Source of the DNA: Limnochordia bacterium | GTDB lineage: Bacteria; Bacillota; Limnochordia; DTU080 | Length of the DNA stretch: 64,000 nt | Direction: 5' to 3' | Assembly (NCBI GenBank): GCA_050951545.1 | Contig: JBMNJG010000005.1 | Coordinates: 128,001 to 192,000 of the forward strand | Position numbers and translations under genes: made by a program | Notes under the pieces: generated by a model | The model's input: the letters and a program-made list of their open reading frames with translations, nothing else | The model's database searches: none | What the model was told of the DNA's origin: nothing | In this document: positions 50,504 to 60,683 of the stretch, piece after piece | Position numbering within the stretch: the stretch's first letter is position 1 | How the letters are laid out: each line of letters opens with the position of its first letter

Positions 50504-52548
50504 TCGCTTGTCTCACTCCTTGTCGCTTTCAGAGCGTCCATGATCTCCCTCATCACATCGTCAGTCTTGCTGGGAGAAAGTCCTCCTAGCATCTTTCCTC
50601 CCACACGCACTGAAGGTGCACCAGCACAGTTTTCGAGGCAAAACGCAGCCCGCAGATCGACCCGGTCCGCATAGCCTGAGTTCTCCAAGCGCTTGGTGAG
50701 ATCTGCCAGGATCTGGCCCGACCCCTTGACAAAACAGCACGTCCCTACACAGACCTCTACATCCACCTTCTGCTCAGTTGACTGACCGCACAGTACCGGT
50801 ATCCCATCTGACTGGATGCGCCGCCTCTGGACGTATCCAGTGTGTAGGGCCTCATGCGCAGCAATACCGCCTACGTCTCCGAGCCATTTCCCGTACATAG
50901 AGGCCACCAAGGGATTCTCCTGCGCCTTGCGGAGCTGTAGAGCAGTATCAACCCTGTAGATACCGCCTGCCCGCTTCTTCCGCAGATCAGGTGACGACGT
51001 GCCAGGCTGACCTCCACCGCCAATACAGCCACCGGGGCAAGCCATGACCTCTACGATATCGTAGTGCACTTCGCCATCTTGTAGTTGGCGGATGATCTCC
51101 TTGGCACGAGACAACGTATGCGTTACACAGACTCGGACCTCTTGACCAGCCACCGTTACGGCAGCCTCCCGCACGCCAGCCTGTCCACGCACTTCCTGGA
51201 AGTTGACCTGTGACAATTCTTCACCAGTGAGAACGTAGTTCGCCGAGCGCAATACCGCCTCAGCTACACCGCCCGTTACGCCGAAGATCACACCCGCACC
51301 CGTGGTGAAGCCAAAAGGCATGTCCAGCGAATCATCTTCGAGTTCAGCGAAGCTGATACCTGCCTCCTTGATCATGTGCCCGATCTCTTGCGTGGTCAGC
51401 ACAAGATCTACATCACGAACTCCGTCATGACTAAACTCCGGTCTCTCCGCCTCGAACTTCTTTGCGGTACAAGGCATGATAGAGATCACATAGAGATCCT
51501 GCGGCTCTATGCCCAGCTCACGCGCGTAGTAACGTTTGGCCAACGAGCCAAACATCTGCTGCGGGGAGCGACAGCTCGACAGGTTCGGCAACAGCTCCGG
51601 ATGGTACTGCTCTGCATACTTCACCCAAGCGGGACAGCAGGAGGTAAACTGCGGCAACCGCTCCTTTTTCTGCAGCCGACCGATGAACTCAGTGGTCTCT
51701 TCCATCGCGGTGAGATCCGCAGCAAAGCTGGTGTCGAAGACCTTGTCGAACCCCAGCATCCGCAACGCCGTTACCAGCTTGCCTAAGCTGAGTTCTCCGG
51801 GCTTCATGCCGAAGAGCTCGCCCACGCTAACCCGCACCGCAGGGGCAATCTGAGCCAACACGATCTTCGTCTTGTCATGGATGGCTCCCCAAGCCTTATC
51901 CGTCTCCGACTTCACGATAAGTGCACCCGTCGGACAGACCGCCACACACTGCCCGCAGTTCACGCACTCCACATCGGCCAGATTCTTGCCGAATGCTGGC
52001 GTGACCACCGTCTTGGAGCCTCGATGGGCGAAATCCAAAGCCCCTATGCCCTGAACCTCCTGACACACTCTTACACAGTCACCGCAGAGAATGCATCGGT
52101 TGGGGTTGCGCACGATCGCCGGACTTGACAAGTCCAGTGGCATTTTCTCATCGCGCTTACCAAAACGCACAGTATCGATGTGGTAGCGTTGCGAGAGATC
52201 CTGAAGCTTGCACGACCCACTTTTGCTGCATGTCGTGCACTCGCGATCGTGGTTTGCCAGTAGCAACTCCAAAGCGATGCGCCGTATCTTCTGTACCCTA
52301 GGCGTATGAGTCTTGATCACCATGTTCGGCGCAGGTGGCGTGCTGCAGCTGGCCAGTATCTTGCCGTCCTCAGTCTCAACGAGGCACTGCCGACAAGCTC
52401 CATAAGCCGATAGCTCCGAGTGGTAGCAGAAGGTAGGCAACTCAATACCCGCCTTGCGTATCACTTCTAGGAGGTTGGGCTCGCCCTCTATCGCTACTTG
52501 TCGGCCGTCGACGGTGATTGTGGCCTTCTGGTTGTCTGATCTGCCCAT
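50500..52548 (-). CDS. hydA: Bifurcating [FeFe]-hydrogenase catalytic subunit (group A3) with C-terminal thioredoxin-like [2Fe-2S]
   Basis: H-cluster motifs TSCCPAW, MPCTAKKFE, EVMACPGGCIGGGGQP; N-terminal FeS domains; C-terminal CVGTCC...CLENC. Confidence 0.95.
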   Translation of the reverse strand: MGRSDNQKATITVDGRQVAIEGEPNLLEVIRKAGIELPTFCYHSELSAYGACRQCLVETEDGKILASCSTPPAPNMVIKTHTPRVQKIRRIALELLLANHDRECTTCSKSGSCKLQDLSQRYHIDTVRFGKRDEKMPLDLSSPAIVRNPNRCILCGDCVRVCQEVQGIGALDFAHRGSKTVVTPAFGKNLADVECVNCGQCVAVCPTGALIVKSETDKAWGAIHDKTKIVLAQIAPAVRVSVGELFGMKPGELSLGKLVTALRMLGFDKVFDTSFAADLTAMEETTEFIGRLQKKERLPQFTSCCPAWVKYAEQYHPELLPNLSSCRSPQQMFGSLAKRYYARELGIEPQDLYVISIMPCTAKKFEAERPEFSHDGVRDVDLVLTTQEIGHMIKEAGISFAELEDDSLDMPFGFTTGAGVIFGVTGGVAEAVLRSANYVLTGEELSQVNFQEVRGQAGVREAAVTVAGQEVRVCVTHTLSRAKEIIRQLQDGEVHYDIVEVMACPGGCIGGGGQPGTSSPDLRKKRAGGIYRVDTALQLRKAQENPLVASMYGKWLGDVGGIAAHEALHTGYVQRRRIQSDGIPVLCGQSTEQKVDVEVCVGTCCFVKGSGQILADLTKRLENSGYADRVDLRAAFCLENCAGAPSVRVGGKMLGGLSPSKTDDVMREIMDALKATRSETSE

Positions 52549-54452
52549 TAGACGACCTCCTCAATGGCATCAAATCGGCAAGCCTCTACACAGGCGCCGC
52601 AGCGTATACACTTTTCCGGATCAATGGTGAAGGGCTCCTTGATCTTGCCCGAGATAGCCCCCGCCGGGCACACACGAGCACAGCGACCACAACCCTTGCA
52701 CAACTCTGCCATGATTCTGTAGATCTTGAGCGCCTCGCACACATGCGCGGGACAGCGATGGTTCTCGACGTGTGCCAAATACTCCGAACGAAAGTGCTTC
52801 ATCGTGGTGAGTACCGGATTGGGCGCTGTCTTACCCAGACCGCAGAGAGAGCCCTCTTTTACCGCGCACCCCAGCTCGTCCAGAAGGTTGAGATCACTGG
52901 GCCGGCCCTCTCCGATGACGATCCTCTCAAGAATGTCGAGCATCCGACGAGTGCCCTCACGACACAGAACACACTTGCCACAGGACTCATTCTGTGTGAA
53001 ACCCATGAAGAAACGGGCTACATCCACCATACAGGTGTCGTCGTCCATCACTACCAAACCGCCCGAACCGATCATAGCCCCAGCCTTCTGCAACGAGTCG
53101 TAGTCCAAGGGCAGGTCTAAGTGTTCTTTGGTGAGGCACCCTCCTGAGGGTCCTCCGATCTGGACCGCCTTAAACTCCTTACCCTGACGAACACCGCCTC
53201 CAATGTCGAACACAACCTCGCGCAGGGTCAACCCCATGGGTACCTCAATGAGTCCCGTGTTGGCCACATCGCCAGTGAGAGCAAACGTCTTGGTACCGGG
53301 GCTCTGCTCGGAACCGTACTGCTTGAAGCTCTCCGCTCCATGCAGGACGATATAAGGCACAGCGGCCAGAGTCTCGACGTTGTTGATCACTGTGGGTTTT
53401 CCCCACAATCCCTTCTGAGCCGGGAACGGTGGTTTGGGCCTAGGCATACCCCGCTCGCCTTCGACGGAGGCAATGAGGGCACTCTCTTCTCCACAGACAA
53501 AGGCTCCGGCCCCTTCCTTGATGTGAAGCTCAAAGGAGAAGTCGGTTCCTAGGATGTTCTTGCCCAACAGCCCGTGAGCCCGCGCCTGGTCCAAAGCGCG
53601 GTACAGGCGCTTCACCGCCAGAGGGTACTCTGCTCTGACGTAGATATAACCTTCGGCCGCCCCGACTGCATAGCCAGCGATGAGCAGGCCCTCCACAATG
53701 CGGTGTGGGTCACCCTCCATGACCGAGCGGTCCATAAACGCGCCCGGGTCGCCCTCGTCACCATTGCAGATGACGTACTTCACATCCGCGGGCTCCTGTC
53801 TAGCAGCTGCCCACTTGCGCGCTGTGGGAAAGCCAGCCCCGCCTCGACCACGCAGCTTCGAAGCGGCGATCTCATCGATCACCTGCTGCGGGGTCATCTC
53901 GAGCACAGCCTTGGCCAGGGCCGCGTATCCGTCATAGGCGAAATACTCATTGATATCATCAGGATCCAAGTGACCGCAGTTTGCCAGTGTCAACCGCGTC
54001 TGACGAGCATAGAAAGGTATCTCATCTTGACGGGCAAAGCGCTTTTCCGTTACGGGATGCTTGTAGAGCAAGCGCTCGACTACCTCACCACGCTGGACAG
54101 TGCAGGCAATGATTTCATCGACATCCTCGGGCTTCACCTTGCAGTACAACAGCCCTGACGGTTCAAAACGGACCAACGGCCCCATTTCACAGAAGCCATG
54201 GCAACCGCTGTGCTTCAAAGCAACACCCTGACCGATCCACGCCTCGCCGCCACACAAATCGCCTTCATGTAGCACCACATCGGCCACATCATTGACATCG
54301 CGCAGCTTCTCACTCAAGCGCTCGTATACGTCAAGTGCACCATTGGCCACGCAACCTGTCCCCGCACATACCAGAATCCGCAAGCGACAGTTGTGCACAG
54401 CCGCCTTAGCAGCTGCAGCATGCTCTTTCAAGACAGCCATCGAATCGATCAA
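52548..54452 (-). CDS. hydB: NuoF-like diaphorase subunit
   Basis: GRGGAGFP, NGDEGDPGAFMD, GAGAFVCGEE, CGKC..C, C-terminal 2x[4Fe-4S]. Confidence 0.93.
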   Translation of the reverse strand: MIDSMAVLKEHAAAAKAAVHNCRLRILVCAGTGCVANGALDVYERLSEKLRDVNDVADVVLHEGDLCGGEAWIGQGVALKHSGCHGFCEMGPLVRFEPSGLLYCKVKPEDVDEIIACTVQRGEVVERLLYKHPVTEKRFARQDEIPFYARQTRLTLANCGHLDPDDINEYFAYDGYAALAKAVLEMTPQQVIDEIAASKLRGRGGAGFPTARKWAAARQEPADVKYVICNGDEGDPGAFMDRSVMEGDPHRIVEGLLIAGYAVGAAEGYIYVRAEYPLAVKRLYRALDQARAHGLLGKNILGTDFSFELHIKEGAGAFVCGEESALIASVEGERGMPRPKPPFPAQKGLWGKPTVINNVETLAAVPYIVLHGAESFKQYGSEQSPGTKTFALTGDVANTGLIEVPMGLTLREVVFDIGGGVRQGKEFKAVQIGGPSGGCLTKEHLDLPLDYDSLQKAGAMIGSGGLVVMDDDTCMVDVARFFMGFTQNESCGKCVLCREGTRRMLDILERIVIGEGRPSDLNLLDELGCAVKEGSLCGLGKTAPNPVLTTMKHFRSEYLAHVENHRCPAHVCEALKIYRIMAELCKGCGRCARVCPAGAISGKIKEPFTIDPEKCIRCGACVEACRFDAIEEVV

Positions 54453-54976
54453 GCCACCTCGCCACCTTCCCGCTTCATGATCTCATCCAGAATAATGTCG
54501 ACCGCCTCTGGCGTCATCTGACCATGGATCTGGTCGTTGATCATCAGCACGGGAGCAAGACCACAAGCCCCCAGGCATGAGACCGTCTCCACAGTGAACA
54601 GACCGTCCCTCGTGGTTTTCATGCCCTCTGCGAGACCGAGTTTTTCACGGATGGCCTTGAGAACAGGCATCGAGCGCCGCACGTGACAGGCCGTACCGTC
54701 ACAGACACGGATCACGTACTTCCCCTTAGGCTCTAGCGCGAACTGAGCGTAGAATGTGGCCACCCCGAAAACTGTCGCCGGAGGAATCTCAAGCACCGTA
54801 CCCACATAGGTCAAGATGTCTTCGGGCAAGTAGTGGTAGATCTCCTGAATTCGTTGCAGTATAGGTATCAGCGAGGCTTTCTTACACCCATACGTCTCAA
54901 TGGCTCTGTTGACTTGCTCCAGTTGGAGCCGATCACCGTTGGCCGTTCCGTTTTGCCTATCGACTGCCAGTGCCAT
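54449..54976 (-). CDS. hydC: NuoE-like [2Fe-2S] subunit
   Basis: VATFY, CDGTAC, CLGACGLAP. Confidence 0.93.
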   Translation of the reverse strand: MALAVDRQNGTANGDRLQLEQVNRAIETYGCKKASLIPILQRIQEIYHYLPEDILTYVGTVLEIPPATVFGVATFYAQFALEPKGKYVIRVCDGTACHVRRSMPVLKAIREKLGLAEGMKTTRDGLFTVETVSCLGACGLAPVLMINDQIHGQMTPEAVDIILDEIMKREGGEVA

Positions 54977-54997
54977 CGCCCTCCGCCCTTTCTTCGA

Positions 54998-56176
54998 TTA
55001 GAAGCAGGTTGTCGTCACATGCTTGCCTTGCGCAACCAACTCTCGCCGTAGCTCTTCGATCACCTGAAACTTCAACGCCAGCCGTCCCCCCAAGCTCGGG
55101 TTCTGATGTGCAGGGTTGATCGCCCGGCCTATGACAAAATGAACATCATCCGCCTTTGCGAGCAGCCGCGCCAAGCGGTAGGGAGCTTCTTTCCGCTCGC
55201 TCAGTGGCTTGCCACTCTTGAGAAGGTCCAAGGCGCGACTTATGGTGATAATGCCTTCAGTTGTGAGGTTGACGCCTGGCATATGGGCCAACGGCGGTTC
55301 CTCAGGCCCTATAGTGTCGAGATCCACACGCAGAGGAACCTGCCATTCCCTGGCGATCAGACTGGCCGTCGTACCCCCGCAGACCACTCTGACTCCCCCG
55401 GCTTCACGCAACAGCTCTGCCACAGTGACATCATCCTTGGGGTTCTCGGGAGGGCCCACGACCATCGTCAACGAACTAGGCCGCCGCGGCCTCATGACGA
55501 GCACAGTCGCGTCATCGCCGGGCTTGTCCTCGTACAAATGCCTGCACGTCTTCTCCACCCGGCGAGCTAGATTCAGCGCCGTCTCTTGATGCACCGAATT
55601 TCGGCGCACGTACTCGGCCACGTTATCCCAGCGCCACCCCAAAGGGATTAGCCCGCCGATGCCGGCATGCACTACACCGTCGCTCACTATCACCAGAAAA
55701 TCATCCTCCTCAAGCTGCACCGATGCTTCGGTTACTGCATGATCCCCGATCCGGCGCGCACACCGCTCCAGTTCCACAAACTCGCCATCACGCACCAGAA
55801 TCGCAGGAGGATTATCAAACTCAGCCAGATACGCAGCCCGTCCCGCCTCGACAACGACTATCGTAAACGTCGAGTAGGCTAGATTGCGCACTTTGCACAC
55901 TGGTAACGTACTGCTGAGCGTATCTACCACCGCATCAAGCGGCAAGCCCTTGTCGAACAGCGTCGCCGCAATACGAGTCGTCATGGTCGACAGGATGCTG
56001 GCTTTCACTCCACTCCCTAAGCCATCAGCGAGCACTGCAATCGTGGCGTCACCCCGAGAGACAATCTGCGTGCTGTCGCCACACAACTCCTCACCAGCCT
56101 TGGGCATGCTCACCACAGCGTGCTCGATCACAGTCTCACGTTGCTGATCTGAGGGAAGCACGGCCATCTGGCTCAT
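54998..56176 (-). CDS. SpoIIE/PP2C-type Ser/Thr phosphatase (HfsC-like)
   Basis: LCGD, DGLGSGVKA, SDG, PGDDAT, AINPAHQNP. Confidence 0.9.
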   Translation of the reverse strand: MSQMAVLPSDQQRETVIEHAVVSMPKAGEELCGDSTQIVSRGDATIAVLADGLGSGVKASILSTMTTRIAATLFDKGLPLDAVVDTLSSTLPVCKVRNLAYSTFTIVVVEAGRAAYLAEFDNPPAILVRDGEFVELERCARRIGDHAVTEASVQLEEDDFLVIVSDGVVHAGIGGLIPLGWRWDNVAEYVRRNSVHQETALNLARRVEKTCRHLYEDKPGDDATVLVMRPRRPSSLTMVVGPPENPKDDVTVAELLREAGGVRVVCGGTTASLIAREWQVPLRVDLDTIGPEEPPLAHMPGVNLTTEGIITISRALDLLKSGKPLSERKEAPYRLARLLAKADDVHFVIGRAINPAHQNPSLGGRLALKFQVIEELRRELVAQGKHVTTTCF

Positions 56177-57897
56177 GAGCGACCCCCACTTCCCTGAAAA
56201 AGCTCCATGAGCTGTGTGAGAATTGCCTTTGTCTCGGCTGTCGTCTCTCCAAGCAATCCGGCGATCTCTTGGGCTACTCGCATCTGCTTGTCGATCACTT
56301 CCTGAGCCCGTTCCAGCGAGGCTTCCTTGAGATCGGCGAAATGCTCTTGCCGCTTGGTCTCCTCCGTAATATCCGAGAGCATTATGATCACTAGGTCGTT
56401 CTTGCTGTCGTAAACGAGGTGTTCCCGAATTACCCGGTCCTGCTTCTCAAGGCGTACGACTGCCGAAGCTGATGCTTGGCGAGCAAAGACGCTCTCGACA
56501 CGACTCGGATCGCCAAGCCGCCACAGCGGGCGACCCACATGCTCGGCCGCTTGACATCCCCAAATGCGCTCTGCCGCTGGGTTGAAAGCCAGCACGTGCA
56601 GTTCGCGGTTGACCACCACGATGCCCGTGGGGGTGGCCGCAATGGTTACGTCAGCCATTGACTCCGCCTTGCGACGCATATAGGGAATGCACATCTCGCG
56701 CTCTGCCATACCCTGATACACCGCCACAGCTTTCTCTCGACAGGAGTCGTATCCGCAGGCGCCGCAGTTTAGCTCATCCTCCGGCTCACGCTTCCCGATG
56801 CTCGCCAGAATCGCCCGAACCTCTTCTTCCGATGGCTGAGGCAGATGCAGACGCTGGTCTTCGTAGCCGCGAGTCAGATCCACTTCACCGTACTTCACGG
56901 AACCCATGGGACGCCGTGGAAGCGAATGCCTGGCATAGGCTCGCACTTTGCGGGCGCGACGGTACACGGGTATATCCGACTCTACTCCAGGTCCACCCAC
57001 ACAGCCCTCATCGCAGGCCATCAGCTCCACCATCTTGGCGGGCATCCCATGACAGGGGATGTCTGTCAGAAGCTCCGCACACTGCGTAATCCCTGTGACC
57101 ACAAGGACGTCGTTGTCCTCAGGATCTGCCCCATTCGCCAACAGGGGCACCATCCCGCCGGGCAGCGGGAAACGACGCTGGTCCGCTACCTCGTTGGCGG
57201 AAACTGAGGCGACAAAGGTGTCGAACGGCTCAGGCTCTAGCTCCTCCCACTGTGGTAAGAGACGCGTTAGAAATTCTTTCAGCTCCGCGAAAGTGAGCAC
57301 AGCATCAACGGCCCCGGAAAGACCCCTTTCGCGCATCTCCTTTTTCTTGGCGATACAGGGGCCGACGAATACCACCCTCGTATCGGCGCCTAAGACCCTT
57401 TTTGCGGTCCGACCATGTGCAATCATCGGTGACACCACATCAGCCAGATGTGGTAACACGCCAGGGTAATAGTGGGTGATCAGATTCACGACGGCAGGGC
57501 AACAGCTCGAGATCACACTGCCCAACGCTTCAGCCCGTTCCCAATGGCGCTGACTCACCCAGCGGGTGACCTCGGAGGTCTCCGCCACCGCATGCGCCCC
57601 CAAGCGACGCAACGCTGCAGCTACGACCCCTGGTTCAGAGGTGAAAGCGGCTGCCAGACTAGGAGCCAAGCTAAAGGCCACTCGCCCTTGCGCCAGATAG
57701 GCCTCCACACGTTCGCCATGCTGCTCCACCTGCTTGGCGCCCTGCGGACAAGCTGCTACACAGGCTCCGTCTAGAATGCAGAGCTCCTCCACCACCTCGG
57801 CATGGCCTACGTTGACACGAATCGCCTTGACCGGACAGGCGCGTACGCAAGCGTAACAGTCATGACAGTTGGCCACGTTGGTCCACAAAACTGGCAG
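56173..57897 (-). CDS. hydS: Sensory [FeFe]-hydrogenase (group C, HydS/HfsB-like) with FeS and PAS domains
   Basis: N-terminal 2x[4Fe-4S]; SSCCP, GPCIAKKKE, ELMAC..GCVGGP; LNCGACGY..C; PAS; KQMRVAQEIAGLLGETTAETK. Start is CTG 57897 or TTG 57888. Confidence 0.9.
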   Translation of the reverse strand: MPVLWTNVANCHDCYACVRACPVKAIRVNVGHAEVVEELCILDGACVAACPQGAKQVEQHGERVEAYLAQGRVAFSLAPSLAAAFTSEPGVVAAALRRLGAHAVAETSEVTRWVSQRHWERAEALGSVISSCCPAVVNLITHYYPGVLPHLADVVSPMIAHGRTAKRVLGADTRVVFVGPCIAKKKEMRERGLSGAVDAVLTFAELKEFLTRLLPQWEELEPEPFDTFVASVSANEVADQRRFPLPGGMVPLLANGADPEDNDVLVVTGITQCAELLTDIPCHGMPAKMVELMACDEGCVGGPGVESDIPVYRRARKVRAYARHSLPRRPMGSVKYGEVDLTRGYEDQRLHLPQPSEEEVRAILASIGKREPEDELNCGACGYDSCREKAVAVYQGMAEREMCIPYMRRKAESMADVTIAATPTGIVVVNRELHVLAFNPAAERIWGCQAAEHVGRPLWRLGDPSRVESVFARQASASAVVRLEKQDRVIREHLVYDSKNDLVIIMLSDITEETKRQEHFADLKEASLERAQEVIDKQMRVAQEIAGLLGETTAETKAILTQLMELFQGSGGRS

Positions 57898-57900
57898 CGT

Positions 57901-58152
57901 CTACACCCCCAGATGCGGCTTGATATGCTCGGCGAAAAACTGATCTACATCCTGCGGCAGCACGGCAGGAAACACTGTCTCGCCCACACGTACAGTGACC
58001 CCTTTCCCGCATGCACCGAGGCAGAAACTGCCACTCAGATCGACATGATCCTCGGCTCCATGCGCGGCCACCAGCTCTTGCAGACGCTGAATCACTTCAT
58101 ATGAACCCTTGAGATGGCATGAGCTGCCCACACAGACAATGATCTCGATCAT
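57901..58152 (-). CDS. Small thioredoxin-like [2Fe-2S] protein (HfsA-like)
   Basis: VCVGSSCHLKGS...FCLGAC; ATG 58152 after GAGGT. Confidence 0.9.
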   Translation of the reverse strand: MIEIIVCVGSSCHLKGSYEVIQRLQELVAAHGAEDHVDLSGSFCLGACGKGVTVRVGETVFPAVLPQDVDQFFAEHIKPHLGV

Positions 58153-58283
58153 ACTACCTCTCTCACCACACCCTCGAACGCTGTTTGAGTTAAGCAAATA
58201 ACGCAATCAACAGTGTGCTGATCGATGCACTGGTCACCATTCGTCCTTAGCTGGTGCTTTGGCAGCGACGAACGGGCCGCACT

Positions 58284-58301
58284 TCGTGATATTTTTCACT
58301 A
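58284..58301. promoter_or_regulatory. Putative Rex operator
   Basis: TCGTGATATTTTTCACTA vs consensus TTGTGA-W6-TCACAA (2 mismatches), overlapping the predicted start site. Confidence 0.65.
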
Positions 58302-58303
58302 TC

Positions 58304-58332
58304 ACTCTACCACAGCATGCCATGCTGGGCAA
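58304..58332 (-). promoter_or_regulatory. Sigma-A-like promoter of the hydrogenase operon
   Basis: TTGCCC-17 bp-TAGAGT with extended -10 TG. Confidence 0.5.
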
Positions 58333-58467
58333 TAGAGCGAGAGCCCTTGGATGCAAGGCAAAACATTCTGACTTTTATCGGGCTATGGGTGGGAACTAAG
58401 AGGGATGAAAAAGGCAGCATAGACGGCGGGCAAGCGAGCCCCTATGCTGCCCCGAGGCAGTTATCTG

Positions 58468-59694
58468 TCAGGCCTTGGCGAAGTGGGTCGCTACCTTCGT
58501 GATAGCTTCGATAGTCTCGTCGATATCCTGGTCACTGTGGAACTCGTTAATAGGAAGTCTGCACGAAGTGGCTAGGACTTCTTCCGCCACGGGGCAGGCT
58601 CCCATGGCGTATTCAACGTCGGCGTGTACGCCCACAAATGGCCAGCGTGTGTTCTTTAGCACCTGGTGCTTCGTGAGGATATCGTAGCAGTACACGGGAC
58701 GAGGGATATACCCTGCGCTGCAAGAGACGCCTTCTGCCCGCACCGCTGCGGCGAACTCATCTCTTGAGATGCCCAAGGTTTTCTCATCGACCCGCAACAT
58801 GTAAAACCAGTAGGTGCCCCAACCCCCTGGCGTGATCTGGTGGGGGTAGATACCCCGCAGGCTGGCAATACCTGCAGTAAGCCTGTCACCTAGAGCGTTG
58901 CGGCGCTCACATATCCAACGAAGCTTCTGCAGCTGAGCGAGGCCGACAGCCCCTTGGAGCTCAGTCATGCGGTAGTTGGCGGCCAGCCACTCGGGGTCTC
59001 GGCCAGAACCATCCCGATGATAATGCTTGTCGGCATAGTAGGCAGCATGCCGAGCGAGCTCCGGATCAGCAGTAATGACCAGACCACCATCACCAGCGGA
59101 AATATGCTTGTAGTCGTTCAAGCTGAAACAGCCCATGGCACCCATGGTGCCAACCAAACGTCCCTTGTAGGTAGCCAAGTAACTCTGAGCGCAGTCCTCG
59201 ATCACCGGAATGCCATGGCGCTCGGCCAAAGACATGATAGCGTCCATGTCGCAGGGGTTTCCCGCCAGATGCACAACCAGAATAGCTTTGGTTCGAGAGG
59301 TGATCTTGGCTTCGATAGAAGCCGCATCCATATTGTAGGTATGTGCGTCCACGTCCGCGAAAACTGGGATCGCGCCTTGAAATAGAATACCCACCAGCGT
59401 CCCCATATCCGTGATGGGTGAGGTGATCACCTCATCACCAGCCCCGACACCTATCGTGGCAATCGCCACGTGAATCGACGCCGTACCGGAACTGGTAGCA
59501 ATGCAGTGCTCTACCCCATGCATCTTAGCGAAAGCGCCACATAGCTGTTTGACCTTCTTGCCCGACCAGTAGAAAAGCGTGTTCTGCGCTAGCGCCTCCT
59601 CGAGCTGCGCCAGCTCTTCCTGGCCAAACCTCTTACCTGTGCCATACGGAACAGTTTTGGCCTTCGGGCCGCCGTGAATTGCCAACTTCTGCAT
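58468..59694 (-). CDS. DegT/DnrJ/EryC1/StrS aminotransferase
   Basis: SSGT, EDCAQS, FSLNDYKH...GDGG, NYRMTELQGA. Confidence 0.9.
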   Translation of the reverse strand: MQKLAIHGGPKAKTVPYGTGKRFGQEELAQLEEALAQNTLFYWSGKKVKQLCGAFAKMHGVEHCIATSSGTASIHVAIATIGVGAGDEVITSPITDMGTLVGILFQGAIPVFADVDAHTYNMDAASIEAKITSRTKAILVVHLAGNPCDMDAIMSLAERHGIPVIEDCAQSYLATYKGRLVGTMGAMGCFSLNDYKHISAGDGGLVITADPELARHAAYYADKHYHRDGSGRDPEWLAANYRMTELQGAVGLAQLQKLRWICERRNALGDRLTAGIASLRGIYPHQITPGGWGTYWFYMLRVDEKTLGISRDEFAAAVRAEGVSCSAGYIPRPVYCYDILTKHQVLKNTRWPFVGVHADVEYAMGACPVAEEVLATSCRLPINEFHSDQDIDETIEAITKVATHFAKA

Positions 59695-59721
59695 TGTAGC
59701 CCCCCTTAGCTATTCCATCGC

Positions 59722-60375
59722 TTATCTCATCATCTCCCGGCCCTCTATGACCGTCGCGTACACGGCCTCAGCGATGAGCAAATGCCCAAGCATGTTGGGG
59801 TGTACCGGCTCTGGGCAATAGACGTCGGGATCGTTGAAACGCAGATGGTGCTGGAAGATGTCGTGCATCCGCACCAACATCGTGCCGTACTTCTGACTCA
59901 GCCTGTGAACGGTATCAATATAGTGCGGCAGATGCTCCAGAACCTGGCTGGGGAAGCTGTTGCCTGATCGGTCAGTGCTGTTATAAAAGGGATCGATAAG
60001 CAGAATGGGACATGAGAAAGCTCGCTTTGTGCGTTCCAGTAGGTCGTGGTACACTTCGGCGAAAAGCTGTGGATCCACGGCTCCCGGTGACTTCCGTAGG
60101 TAGCTGTGTACATCGTTGATCCCGATCTTGATCGAAAGGAAATCTGGGTCTTGCTGGAGCACGTCCTCTTGCCAACGCTTCTGCAGGTCTGTGACCCGAT
60201 TGCCCCCGATGCCCTGGTTAAGGTAGTTAAGCTGTAGCTCGGGATGTCGAACTGTCATCAGCATGGAGAAAAGCTTGACGTAACCGTTGCCCAAAGGAGC
60301 CTCGGCACCCCTGCGACCGCAGTCAGTGATGCTGTTGCCTATGAACAGAAGCGTTTGGCCACTCTTCAGCTGCAT
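59722..60375 (-). CDS. SGNH/GDSL hydrolase (esterase)
   Basis: FIGNSITD, GIGGN, IGIND, EPVHP. Confidence 0.88.
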   Translation of the reverse strand: MQLKSGQTLLFIGNSITDCGRRGAEAPLGNGYVKLFSMLMTVRHPELQLNYLNQGIGGNRVTDLQKRWQEDVLQQDPDFLSIKIGINDVHSYLRKSPGAVDPQLFAEVYHDLLERTKRAFSCPILLIDPFYNSTDRSGNSFPSQVLEHLPHYIDTVHRLSQKYGTMLVRMHDIFQHHLRFNDPDVYCPEPVHPNMLGHLLIAEAVYATVIEGREMMR

Positions 60376-60683
60376 TCTGCCATCCCTCTCGTGCTGTAGT
60401 ATACTCTAGTTCGACCCCGTAACCATACGCGCCTTCCAGCATATCCGCGGAAACCTCTCTACGGTCTTCTGCCACTAGCGGAGCCCGATGTGATCTGTTT
60501 CCAGGAGGTACGGCTGCACGCTGCACGCTGATCGCGACTCCAACAACCACGCGGAACAGCTCGCTGCATATGCATACGTAGCAGGGAATAGCTGGCAGCC
60601 CACTGGCATCATAGGTCGCCGAGCGAACTTTCTGCATGTGCTTGAGCGACGGAGGCCTGTGATCCCCGTCGCTCATTTCTACA

